DNA of 64,000 nt, taken from positions 32,001 to 96,000 of the forward strand of contig JBCCHT010000020.1 of NCBI GenBank assembly GCA_039028615.1, given 5' to 3'. Source of the stretch: Myxococcota bacterium. GTDB lineage: Bacteria; Myxococcota_A; Polyangia; Nannocystales; Nannocystaceae. The notes below the pieces were generated by a model. The model was given only the letters and a program-made list of their open reading frames with translations, did no database searches and was not told the DNA's origin. Position numbers and translations under genes: made by a program. Each line of letters starts with the position of its first letter. Positions within the stretch are counted from its first letter, which is position 1. Below, one piece after another: positions 18,440-27,594 of the stretch.

Positions 18440-19639
18440 ATGGCCGCCGACACGCGCCACCGACGATGGCGGTGGGCCGCGCTCGTCATGGCCGTGTCGG
18501 CATGCTCGGGCGAGGCACCGACCCTGACGGACTGGCACTGGGCGCTGCCCGACCACGTCGCGCCCCCGCCCGTGCCGGAGTCCAACCCGATGACGGTCGA
18601 AGGCGTGGAGCTGGGGCGTCGACACTTCTTCGAACCGCGGCTGTCGGTCACGGGCGAGTTTTCGTGCTCGACCTGCCACGAGCCCGAGCTCGCCTTCGCC
18701 GTCGACGAGCCGACCCACGAGGGGGCCCTGGGGGTTCGCACGGCTCGCAACGCGCCCGCCCTCGTCAACCTCGCCTGGGCCCCGCTGCTCGACTGGGGCA
18801 ACCCCACCGCGGACAGCCTCGAGCAGCAGATGCTCACCCCGCTATTCGGCGACAACCCCGTGGAGATCGGGGCCGGGTTCGTGGACGGCTCGTCCGACCA
18901 CTACGACCCCCAGCGATTGCTCGAGCTGGTGGATTCCGATCCCGACTACCAGGATGCCTTCGACGACGTCTTTGGCGACCGACCCGCCACCGAGCGGGTG
19001 AGCTGGGACGCCGTGATCGCGGCCATCTCCAGTTTCGAACGCAGTCTCGTCTCGCTCGATGCCCCCTTCGACCGCTGGCTCGCGGGGGACCCCGATGCAC
19101 TGAGCGCAGCGGAGCAGCGGGGCCTCGCGCTGTTTCGATCCTCGCGCCTGGGCTGCGCGCAGTGTCACGCGGGCCCGCTGCAGTCGCTGGCCTTCGTGAC
19201 GGACGGCCGCGCCGTCGACGAGCGCGCGCTGTTCCGCAACACGGGCCTGTACGACCTCGTGCAGGGACCCGTCGTGTACTGGGGCGGCGCCCGGACCCGC
19301 TACCCCGAGAGCGGCCAAGGCCTGGGCGAGTTCACCCAAGACCCCGCCGACGATGGCAAGCACCGGATCCCGAGCCTGCGCAACGTGGCGGTGACCGGGC
19401 CCTACATGCACGACGGCAGCATCGAGAGCCTCGACGAAGTCCTCGACCACTACGCTCGTGGCGGACGCCTCGTCGCCGAGGGGCCTCATGCGGGAGACGG
19501 GCGGGACAACCCGAACAAGGACCCGGCCATCGGCGGCTTCGCGCTGAGCGACACCGAGCGGCGAGACCTCCTCGCCTTCCTCGGGAGCCTGACCGATCCC
19601 TCGTTCATGGACCGCGAATCGGCGCTCGCTCCCCGCTGA
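18440..19639 (+). CDS. MbnH-family di-heme enzyme (bCcP/MauG superfamily)
   Basis: VPESNPMT, LGRRHFFEPRLS, CSTCH, CAQCH, PSLRNVAVTGPYMHDGS, LLAFLGSLTD; starts immediately after the MbnP-like stop. Confidence 0.92.
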   Translation: MAADTRHRRWRWAALVMAVSACSGEAPTLTDWHWALPDHVAPPPVPESNPMTVEGVELGRRHFFEPRLSVTGEFSCSTCHEPELAFAVDEPTHEGALGVRTARNAPALVNLAWAPLLDWGNPTADSLEQQMLTPLFGDNPVEIGAGFVDGSSDHYDPQRLLELVDSDPDYQDAFDDVFGDRPATERVSWDAVIAAISSFERSLVSLDAPFDRWLAGDPDALSAAEQRGLALFRSSRLGCAQCHAGPLQSLAFVTDGRAVDERALFRNTGLYDLVQGPVVYWGGARTRYPESGQGLGEFTQDPADDGKHRIPSLRNVAVTGPYMHDGSIESLDEVLDHYARGGRLVAEGPHAGDGRDNPNKDPAIGGFALSDTERRDLLAFLGSLTDPSFMDRESALAPR

Positions 19640-19729
19640 ACCCGCGCCATCGGGCCGACACCGGGTATTGGCTCGAGGATGCGGCTCGGCGGCGGGTCGT
19701 CGTATGCTCGCGGGTCACAAGTCCGCGCG

Positions 19730-20716
19730 ATGGCCCTGCTGCACTACTACGTTCACGGTCGCGGTCGCGGCCACGCCAGTCGCTCGCGGGTGATCATCGC
19801 CGCGCTCCAGTCCGCCGGACACGAAGTCATCGCGTTCGCCGGCCGCGATGCGGAGGCCCTGCTACGCGACCAGACCACGACCTATGGCGTCGAGTCGGTG
19901 GTGCCGAGCATGGGCGCGCGCGGCCCCTTGCTCGTGACTCGCCGGGTCCGCGAGGCGCTGACCGCCATCCGCCGCGACGGGGCCGAGCTGGTGCTCTCGG
20001 ATGGCGACCTGCCCGGCCTGCTCGCCGCCACCGCGAGCCGACGCCCGAGCATCGCGGTGGGGCACGGCCTGGTCTTCTACTGCTGCGAGCGACCACCCGA
20101 TGTCCCCGCCGGGCCTTGGCATCGCGAGTCTCGCAAGGCCGCCGTCTCCACGGTGGGGGCCAATCGGCGGGTCGCGGTGAACTTCGTGCCCCTGCGGACG
20201 AAGCGGGGTCGCCTGGCCCGGCCCGCGCTCGAGCTCGGCACTGCGACACGGCGCACGTCCGACGGCCCGCTGCTGTGCTACTTCCGTGATGGGGCTCCCG
20301 ACGCGCTGCTGCGACGCCTGGCCGCCCTTCCCATGGATGTGGTTCTGTTTGCCGCGACCCCCCCGACCGTGCCGGGAATCCACCACGAAATGCCCTCACG
20401 CTCACGTTTCATCGAGGTTCAGCGACAGGCCCGGGCGGTCGTGGCCACCGCGGGCAGCCAGCTCATGAGCGAGTGCGTGGCCCTCGGCGTGCCGCTGCTG
20501 GCCGCGCACGCCCCCGACGACGACGAGCAGGCCCTCAACGTCGCCATGCTGCGCCGCGCGGGCCTGGGCGACGGCTGTCCTCTCCCGCAGCTCGACGACG
20601 CACGCCTCGAAGCCTTCTTTGCCCGGCCCACCCCCGAGCCCATGCAGTGGGACGCGCCCGACGTGGCGACCGTGGTCGGAGAAGAAGTCGACGCATTGCT
20701 GGGAGGCGCACGGTGA
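19730..20716 (+). CDS. GT-B glycosyltransferase (MJ1255/GT28-like)
   Basis: YYVHGRGRGHASRS, VLSDGD, VVATAGSQLMSE, DDEQALNV. Confidence 0.82.
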   Translation: MALLHYYVHGRGRGHASRSRVIIAALQSAGHEVIAFAGRDAEALLRDQTTTYGVESVVPSMGARGPLLVTRRVREALTAIRRDGAELVLSDGDLPGLLAATASRRPSIAVGHGLVFYCCERPPDVPAGPWHRESRKAAVSTVGANRRVAVNFVPLRTKRGRLARPALELGTATRRTSDGPLLCYFRDGAPDALLRRLAALPMDVVLFAATPPTVPGIHHEMPSRSRFIEVQRQARAVVATAGSQLMSECVALGVPLLAAHAPDDDEQALNVAMLRRAGLGDGCPLPQLDDARLEAFFARPTPEPMQWDAPDVATVVGEEVDALLGGAR

Positions 20717-23679
20717 AGCTGGCCACCCATGGCACCCCACGCACCCGCCGGGTGGCCGCGTTCATCGAGCGCCGGGCCGGGTTCATCGTGCTCTTCACCG
20801 TGCTCTTCGCCATCGTGGCCGGGCTGGGGGCATCCCAGCTTCGCATCGACCAGCGCCTGCGGAAGCTGCTGCCCGATCACTTCCCCTCCGTCTCCGGCAT
20901 GGACCGGGTCGCGGCGCGGCTGGGCAACCAAAGCGACATCTACGTCGGGATCAAGAGCCCCTCGCCGGAGGCCAACATCCAGTTCGGCGACGCGCTGGCC
21001 AAGGACCTCGAGGGTCACCCCGACCTGCGCTGGTCGCTGTTTCGCCGCGACTACTCGTTCTTCGAGCGCCACGCCCTGCTCTACGCGGACATCGACGACC
21101 TCATCGATCTGCGACGTCGGGTCATCGAGCGCATCTTCGAAGAGACCCGGCAGGCAGCCTTCGGCGACCTCTCGCTGCTCGACGAAGACGAAGAGACCAA
21201 GGGCGACGGTGACGACGGCGGGCTCGGGCTCGACGAACAGCAGCTGCGCGAGCGCTACGGCCTCGACGAGGGCCGCACCGAGTTCTTCGAGGCCGACGAG
21301 GGCCGCTACATGGTGCTCAAGGCCCGCCCCGAGGGCGACAGCAGCAACGTCGAGTTCTCGCGGCGGCTGCAGGCCGACCTCCAGGGGCGCATCGATGCGC
21401 TCGACGCCAAGACCTTTCACCCGCAGATGGAGATCACCCTGCACGGCAGCTTCGTGCAGCACACCGCCCGCGTGAAGCAGCTCCAGGGCGAGGTGATCGG
21501 CGGCACGGCGGCGGCCATCTTTGCGTTGCTGCTGAGCATCGCCGTGTTCTTCCGCAGCATCCGCGCCGTGGTCTTGGTGTTGGGCCCGCTGCTGGTGGCC
21601 GGAGTCGGTGCGCTGGGCTTCGCCTGGCTCGTCTTCGACGCCCTGAACCTGGTCTCCGCCTTCATCTTCGCCGTGCTGCTGGGGCTCGGCATCGACTTCG
21701 GGATCCACGTGCTCGCGCGCTACCGCGACGAGCGAGCCCGGGGTCATCGTCGCCCCACCGCGTGGGCCATCACGCTGGCCACCACCGGGCGCTCCACCCT
21801 GGCCGGAGGCATCGGTACCGGGCTGGCGTTCTCCGCGTTGATCGCCGCCGACTTCCAGGGCTTCGCGCAGTTCGGGGTGGTCGCCACCTTCGGCTTGGCC
21901 TTGTCGCTCGTCGCCGCGCTCATCGTCATGCCCGCCGGGGTGGTGCTGATGGAGCGGCGCAAGCCCTGGCCCGCCCCCAAGCGGGCGCGGGACGAGCACA
22001 CGAGCCCCGCGCCCGAGGCCGGGCGCGGCCTGCTGCTGGTCATGGGCGTGCTCGCGGTGCTCGGGGTCGGCGTGGCCGTCTACGGCGCGACCCATGCCAC
22101 CAACCTCGAGTTCGAGTACGACTTCAACAAGCTCGGCTCGAAGAAGCCGCCCGCCAAGAAGAACCCGGGCAAGAAGCCGCCCTCGTATCGCGATGCCATC
22201 GGCCAGGCGCTGACGGTGGCCCCCGCCATCGTGCTCACCGACAGCCGCGAGCAGGCCCAAGCCGTGCACCGCCAGCTCACCGCCCTGCGGGTGATGCTGC
22301 CCGAGGAAGCCGAGGCGCTCATCCCCATCGCGGCCAGTCGCGAGCCCAGCCTCGCCGAGGTCGTGGCGCCCCAGGGCATGGAGAAACGGCCTCCGAAGCC
22401 GCCCGCGGCCACGCCCGACGATTGGGACGACGAGCCCGATACCCACCACAAACGCAAGGCCGTCGAGGCCGGGGACGACTGGGACGCCGACCCCGAAGAC
22501 TGGGACGACGCGCACGCGGACGATGACGATGACGCCCGCAAGGCCGTCGAAGCCGGAGACGACTGGGACGCCGACCCCGAGGACTGGGACACCGACGAGG
22601 CCGACGACGGCGGGGACGAAGACGACTGGGACGCCGACCCCGAGGACTGGGACACCGACGAGACCGACGACGACTCCCAGCGCCCCTCGGGCCTCGACGA
22701 CCCGCGCTTCGCCGAGATCGCCAAGGCGGAGGCGACCCGCACGATGCCCGATGCCACCACCCTCGAGCAACTGGCCGCCTACGACCCGGCGCGCCGGGCC
22801 GACATGTCCGATCGCCTCGGGGCGGTGACCTCGATCGACGCGTTCATCCCCTCGGAACAGGCGGCCAAGCTCGAGATCATCGCGGACATTCGCGCCCGCA
22901 TCGACGACAAGCGCGACGCGATGTCGGCCAAGTCTCGGCGCGACATCGACGAATCCTACGACCGCCTCACCGTCGGCGCGATCACGGTGGACGACCTGCC
23001 GCAGTGGGTGCAGCAGCAGTTCGTCGACACCGACGGCAACGTCGGCCGCCACGTGATCGCCTGGACCCGCGGCAGCAAGGCTAACTACGAGAACGCGCGG
23101 CGCATCTACGACGCGCTGGGCACCCTGCAGACCCCCGAGGGCGAGATCGAGGTCGCGGCCGAGTTCTTCGTGCTGCCCGAGGTCTTCGAGGCCATCGAGG
23201 CCGACGGCCCCCGCGTGCTCGGCCTGGCCGCCATCGCCATGCTGCTCACCGCCGTCGTCGCCTTCCGCGGCGCAGCGGGCCCCGCCGTGGTCTCCCTGGT
23301 GGTGGGCACGACCCTTTTGTGGCTCGTCGCCCTGATGCTGGTGCTCGGCTGGAAGCTCAACTTCTTCAACGTGATCGTGCTGCCCCTGCTCATCGGCATG
23401 GCCCAGGACGACGCCCTGCACATCTACCAGCGCTGGCGCGAGACGGGGCAGCTGGGCCTGGTGCTGCGCGAGACCGGGGGCGCGGTGTGCCTGACCACCT
23501 TGACCACCGTGTGCGGCTTCTCGGGCATCTTGTTCGCCAACCACCAGGGGCTCCAGTCCATGGCCTGGGCCGCGGTGAGCGGGATGATCTTGGCGCTGCT
23601 GTCCTCGCTCGTGCTGCTGCCGACCGCGCTGTGGATCGCCGCTCGCTTCGGTCGCGGGCACACGACCACCAACGACTGA
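20713..23679 (+). CDS. MMPL/RND-family lipid exporter with an acidic repeat insertion
   Basis: Two RND membrane repeats (GLGIDFGIHV; GMAQDDALHI) with large loops; GTGA overlap with the glycosyltransferase. Confidence 0.9.
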   Translation: MKLATHGTPRTRRVAAFIERRAGFIVLFTVLFAIVAGLGASQLRIDQRLRKLLPDHFPSVSGMDRVAARLGNQSDIYVGIKSPSPEANIQFGDALAKDLEGHPDLRWSLFRRDYSFFERHALLYADIDDLIDLRRRVIERIFEETRQAAFGDLSLLDEDEETKGDGDDGGLGLDEQQLRERYGLDEGRTEFFEADEGRYMVLKARPEGDSSNVEFSRRLQADLQGRIDALDAKTFHPQMEITLHGSFVQHTARVKQLQGEVIGGTAAAIFALLLSIAVFFRSIRAVVLVLGPLLVAGVGALGFAWLVFDALNLVSAFIFAVLLGLGIDFGIHVLARYRDERARGHRRPTAWAITLATTGRSTLAGGIGTGLAFSALIAADFQGFAQFGVVATFGLALSLVAALIVMPAGVVLMERRKPWPAPKRARDEHTSPAPEAGRGLLLVMGVLAVLGVGVAVYGATHATNLEFEYDFNKLGSKKPPAKKNPGKKPPSYRDAIGQALTVAPAIVLTDSREQAQAVHRQLTALRVMLPEEAEALIPIAASREPSLAEVVAPQGMEKRPPKPPAATPDDWDDEPDTHHKRKAVEAGDDWDADPEDWDDAHADDDDDARKAVEAGDDWDADPEDWDTDEADDGGDEDDWDADPEDWDTDETDDDSQRPSGLDDPRFAEIAKAEATRTMPDATTLEQLAAYDPARRADMSDRLGAVTSIDAFIPSEQAAKLEIIADIRARIDDKRDAMSAKSRRDIDESYDRLTVGAITVDDLPQWVQQQFVDTDGNVGRHVIAWTRGSKANYENARRIYDALGTLQTPEGEIEVAAEFFVLPEVFEAIEADGPRVLGLAAIAMLLTAVVAFRGAAGPAVVSLVVGTTLLWLVALMLVLGWKLNFFNVIVLPLLIGMAQDDALHIYQRWRETGQLGLVLRETGGAVCLTTLTTVCGFSGILFANHQGLQSMAWAAVSGMILALLSSLVLLPTALWIAARFGRGHTTTND
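22417..22680 (+). repeat. Intragenic coding repeats, DDWDADPEDWD x3 and RKAVEAG x2
   Basis: gacgactgggacgccgaccccga(a/g)gactgggac occurs three times in frame inside the MMPL gene. Confidence 0.85.
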
Positions 23680-23685
23680 GGGCGG

Positions 23686-24981
23686 TCAGTCCGTGACCGC
23701 CCGCTCGAGCACGCCGGCCAGCGTCTCGGCCACCGAGGGCGCGGCATAGGCCCGCACCGCCCGTCGATCTCGCGGACCAAACTCCCCCGTCAGTAATCGT
23801 CGCAGGGCCTCGGCGGTGGTGTGCGGGTCTTCGCCGGTCACCGCCAGGCCGCTGCCCGTGCCCTCGACGATCGCCCCCACCTGCGCCGCATGACCCAACG
23901 CCAGGATCGGCGCGCCGCTGAGCAAGTAGTCGAAGAGCTTGGCGGGGATGAACATCGACTCGTCGCCGAACCCCACCAGCACCTGGACGTCGGCCGACGC
24001 GAGCAACGCGAGCCCCTCCTCGAGCGGAGCGAAGGGCTCGACCTCCATGCGCACCCCGATGCGCTCGGCGAGGGCCAGGTCGTCGGCGTCGGGCTTGCCC
24101 AGGTTGAGCAGCCGAAGCTCGTCGAGGTCGACCTCCCCCCGATCGCGCAGCGCCGCCAAGCCATACAAGACGTTGTCGAGGCGACGGGTGCCATCACAGG
24201 CGCCGAAGTGCACCAGCAGGCGGTCGGCTCCGCGCGCGGCGGCCTCGGTCGGCAGCTGAGCCGGGTCGAAGGCGTTGGTGATGGTGGTGAACCGATCGGC
24301 CAGGCTGGGATAGAGCGCCTGGTAGGCCGCGGTGGTGGCCGGAGCGGTAAAGACCACGGAGTTCGCGGCGGTCAGGCAGTGGCGCTCGGTGGCGGCCTCG
24401 GCCCGCTGCACCCAGCCAGCCTTTTGCCCCTGCAGGAAGTTGTTCGTCCACGGGTCACGCAGGTCGAGCACGAGCGGCAACCCGAAGCGCCGCGCCGCTC
24501 GGGCGCCGAGCACCAGCGTCCAGTAGGGGCTCGCCGTGGCCATGATCGCGTCGGGGCGATAAAGCTCGATCAGCGTCGACAGCCGCCGCAATTGTTGGGG
24601 CAACAGCAGCACAGGAGCGCCGACCGGAAGCGACACCTGTCGCCGCAATCGCTGCAAGGGCCCCGGACGTTGCAGGGGGCGCCCCGGCGTGATGTCGGCT
24701 CCGGTCGCTCGTGCTCGCTTCGGTTCCGGCCACCAGCGAGGGATCAAAGTGCGATCGACCACGGCCTCGGGCGGCAGCTCCACGGGCGTGGGGTCGTGCG
24801 GAACCCCGTCGTCGAGGAACCCCGTCCACACGATGGGCCGCCAGCCGTGCTCGGGCAGGTATCGGGCAAAGCGATACGCACGCTTCCCCCCGATCTGAAA
24901 GGCCGGGGGGAACCATCGCGAAATGAACAGGACGGTCCGCGAAGACGAGTCGCGGGCGCGGGGCGGAGCGCCAGCCGACAT
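23686..24981 (-). CDS. GT4-family glycosyltransferase
   Basis: LFISRWFPP...GGKR, VLDLRDPW, TITNAFD, IPAKLFDYL. Confidence 0.88.
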   Translation of the reverse strand: MSAGAPPRARDSSSRTVLFISRWFPPAFQIGGKRAYRFARYLPEHGWRPIVWTGFLDDGVPHDPTPVELPPEAVVDRTLIPRWWPEPKRARATGADITPGRPLQRPGPLQRLRRQVSLPVGAPVLLLPQQLRRLSTLIELYRPDAIMATASPYWTLVLGARAARRFGLPLVLDLRDPWTNNFLQGQKAGWVQRAEAATERHCLTAANSVVFTAPATTAAYQALYPSLADRFTTITNAFDPAQLPTEAAARGADRLLVHFGACDGTRRLDNVLYGLAALRDRGEVDLDELRLLNLGKPDADDLALAERIGVRMEVEPFAPLEEGLALLASADVQVLVGFGDESMFIPAKLFDYLLSGAPILALGHAAQVGAIVEGTGSGLAVTGEDPHTTAEALRRLLTGEFGPRDRRAVRAYAAPSVAETLAGVLERAVTD

Positions 24982-25006
24982 GGCGAGCTTGGTGTAGTCG
25001 CCCACG

Positions 25007-25768
25007 GTGCCCAGAGCAAACCTGCGCGTGCCGCACCACGGCCTCGAAACGGAACGGCTTGACCGACCCGGGACCGTCGCGAACAATGCCGCCGCCTTGG
25101 ACGACGACGACGGACGGTACCGGACCTACCGCGGCAACCTGTTGCAGCGCGTTGGATTGCAGCGACCTTCGCCCGAGCTGGCCGGTCCGCCCGACAGTCC
25201 CGTGTGGATGCACCCCATCGAGTACTCACAGATCTGTGCGGTGCTCCACAGTGTGAATCCGACCAACATGGTCGAGTGGGGCAGCGGCGGCAGCAGCAAA
25301 GCCTGGCTTCGTGAGCTGCCCGACCTGAAGCTGTTGTTCTCCGTCGAGCACCACACCGAGTGGGCCGAGCGCGTGCGCGAGTCGATCGACGATCCTCGCT
25401 TCCACCTCGAGCTCCAGGCTCCGCCCGCCGACCTGCCCGAGCCGGTCATCGTGCCGCGCGACAAGGCCTCGAAGACCGCCCACGCCCAGTGGTGCCAGCG
25501 CCTCGAAGACGAACCCGAGCTGATGCGGCACTACATCGATGCCCCGGCCGAGGCCGGGGTGGCCTTCGACGTGGCGCTCGTCGACGGGCGTGCCCGCACC
25601 GCCTGCGCACGCAAGGCCATGGAACTCGTCCGCCCCGGCGGCGTGGTCCTGCTGCACGACGCCCAGCGCCCGGGCTACCGCAGCACCATGCTCGAACTCG
25701 GCAACCCGAAGTGGCTCGACCCCTGGGTGCACGGGCAGATCTGCATGCTCCGCCGCCCCGACGCTTGA
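25007..25768 (+). CDS. Class I SAM-dependent methyltransferase
   Basis: VEWGSGGS, FSVEH, FDVALVDGRAR, VLLHDAQR; start uncertain. Confidence 0.82.
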   Translation: MPRANLRVPHHGLETERLDRPGTVANNAAALDDDDGRYRTYRGNLLQRVGLQRPSPELAGPPDSPVWMHPIEYSQICAVLHSVNPTNMVEWGSGGSSKAWLRELPDLKLLFSVEHHTEWAERVRESIDDPRFHLELQAPPADLPEPVIVPRDKASKTAHAQWCQRLEDEPELMRHYIDAPAEAGVAFDVALVDGRARTACARKAMELVRPGGVVLLHDAQRPGYRSTMLELGNPKWLDPWVHGQICMLRRPDA

Positions 25769-25841
25769 AGCCCAGCCAGTACTCAGGAGGGCCAACGGTT
25801 TCCGGCTCAAGGCGGACCTCGTTGCCGCGCAACAAGCAAGG

Positions 25842-26855
25842 CTAGTCTTCAGCGAAGGGCCAGTCGACTTCGATCGCCGGATCGTCAAAACTCGTGGCAG
25901 GCAAGCTGGCACCCATTTTGCTGCGATCGACTGGTCCCTCTCGCTTCTGGTACTCCCGCCAATCACCTGCCTCGACACGGTCGCCAGCCTTGATCGCAGA
26001 GATCACGCGAGGTACGACCGTAACCATTTCAGGTCTGCTTCTGCCCTTTCGTGGGCAGGGGAAAAACAGCGTTGGAGGGTCTGTCGTGCGATCCACGCGA
26101 GGGGAAGTGCATCCGCTGCGATTGTTCTGAATCCCAACCAGCGCTCCGGTCGTCGACGAGAACACGGGGCTCCCCGAGGAGAACTCCGCCACGTAGGCAG
26201 TGTGGCGGCGGGCCTTGAACGCGTCGAATCGACCTCGCTGCAGTGCTCCATGTGTGTACACACCAGGAATTCCCAGGGGACTACCTACGAGGTACGCGCC
26301 TCCCCTCGTGGGCACTTTGGATCGAACGTCGGCGACGACCCCTCCAAGCGGCTCCGCAAGTTCTAGTAGGGCCAGGGGGACCTTTCCTCCCCCCACATTT
26401 CTACGGTAGCGGAAGGCAGTCACCTTGACCCACTTTCGGCCCGCAACACTTTGAACGCGGGCATCTTCCAAATCGAGACACGTGCGACAATCGAAACAGT
26501 GTGTGGCAGTGAGCACTAGGCTAGGGGAAACCAAAACTCCTGAGCAACGCGCGATGGAAGGCTCATCTCGCCAACGCACACGTCCAGACCATTCGCAGCG
26601 TTTCGCACCACACGGATCGTCCGGGCGTCTGACCACCTCGCGCAGCTTCCGCGGTCTCGCCGTTAGGGCAACGTGAGCGATGGTCACTGCTGCGCGAACG
26701 TTTCGGTTGAAGCCCACTGGCTTCGGAAACGCCTCAGTGACCTTCTTCATCGGGGGCTCATGGGTCCTCGAGCAAGTAGCCGAGGGGCCATTGTGGCTAC
26801 AGCTCGAGGCCCCAATCACAACCATTAGTAACGGTCCGGCCCATCGTAGGAGCAT
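25842..26855 (-). CDS. Trypsin-like serine protease, possibly degenerate, probable lipoprotein
   Basis: CSGVLVSPSLVLTATHC (His) and FSSGSPVF (Ser); the expected DxALL Asp reads VPLALL; N-terminal hydrophobic segment ending ASSC. Confidence 0.7.
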   Translation of the reverse strand: MLLRWAGPLLMVVIGASSCSHNGPSATCSRTHEPPMKKVTEAFPKPVGFNRNVRAAVTIAHVALTARPRKLREVVRRPDDPCGAKRCEWSGRVRWRDEPSIARCSGVLVSPSLVLTATHCFDCRTCLDLEDARVQSVAGRKWVKVTAFRYRRNVGGGKVPLALLELAEPLGGVVADVRSKVPTRGGAYLVGSPLGIPGVYTHGALQRGRFDAFKARRHTAYVAEFSSGSPVFSSTTGALVGIQNNRSGCTSPRVDRTTDPPTLFFPCPRKGRSRPEMVTVVPRVISAIKAGDRVEAGDWREYQKREGPVDRSKMGASLPATSFDDPAIEVDWPFAED

Positions 26856-26858
26856 GCG

Positions 26859-27266
26859 CTATTTCCGCTTGACGACAACCCGAAGGGCGATCCCGGGAGT
26901 TCCGTCGGGGATCTCCCAGCAAAAGTAGGGGTCACGATTTCCGGGCACATCGAACTCATAGATCGTGGTCGAGCTTCCAGCCTGGGCTGGCGTGACCCCC
27001 GAACTCGGCTCGAACGTCGGGGACGAACCACTCTGATGGAGGATGGTTAGCCGCACGTTGGCCACCGAAGCATCCCCCACGAAATACTCAATCGTATGGA
27101 GGTTCGCACCGAGAGAAACCCCCGTGGGCGAAAAGTATGGAATGCCGTTCGCATCGACTCCACTCTTGATCTCAGTGGAAAGCACACCGTCGATCTCGGC
27201 TTCGTCTTGCTCGCAGGTCCCCTGGTTATCGAAGCAATTGGAAATCAGGTTGACGCTGTTAGCCAT
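26859..27266 (-). CDS. Hypothetical protein
   Basis: Strong AAAGGAG RBS before the ATG; stop lies 3 bp before the protease start. Confidence 0.65.
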   Translation of the reverse strand: MANSVNLISNCFDNQGTCEQDEAEIDGVLSTEIKSGVDANGIPYFSPTGVSLGANLHTIEYFVGDASVANVRLTILHQSGSSPTFEPSSGVTPAQAGSSTTIYEFDVPGNRDPYFCWEIPDGTPGIALRVVVKRK

Positions 27267-27594
27267 GTCTATTTTCTCCTTTGTTGTGCCCTGAGGCAGT
27301 GTTGAGCGACGATATCCCGACCGGATGGCCGCCGAATCTATAGTGATCGCCGGACTCTATTCCGTTGCAAGTTATCCTGCTGTCTTGGAACTTCGAGTCC
27401 CATAACGGCCCACTACCCCACACATCGCCCCTGCTTACGAACACAGGATGTGCAGAGATCTTTTCGAGAGGGGGGACGCTTGAGTTCGCGCAGCAAAATC
27501 TCTCCACGGCTTCGACACGTGCCTTGAAAGTGCTTCCAGGCGCCATGCCCCCAACGTTCAATCTACCTTGACCCTGCCGACGCCTGAAGGCGGC

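Larger units (their letters stand above)
25758..27589. mobile_element. Putative horizontally acquired lower-GC insertion bounded by direct repeats
   Basis: Visibly lower GC and loss of GC3 bias; CCGACGCTTGAAG (25758-25770) and CCGACGCCTGAAG (27577-27589) flank it; no integrase inside. Confidence 0.55.

Noticed and set aside
16913..19639. Methanobactin biosynthetic cluster
   Set aside because: No mbnA, mbnB, mbnC or TonB-dependent receptor is present.
22417..22680. CRISPR-like repeat array
   Set aside because: The repeats are in-frame coding, the intervening sequences resemble each other, and no cas genes are present.
25907..25921. Perfect sigma-54 consensus TGGCACCCATTTTGC on the plus strand
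   Set aside because: It lies inside and antisense to the protease gene with no plausible downstream plus-strand gene; probably chance, though an antisense promoter is not excluded.
27259..27561. 100-aa minus-strand ORF in the insertion
   Set aside because: No motif or clear RBS; it may just be the promoter region of the cassette.
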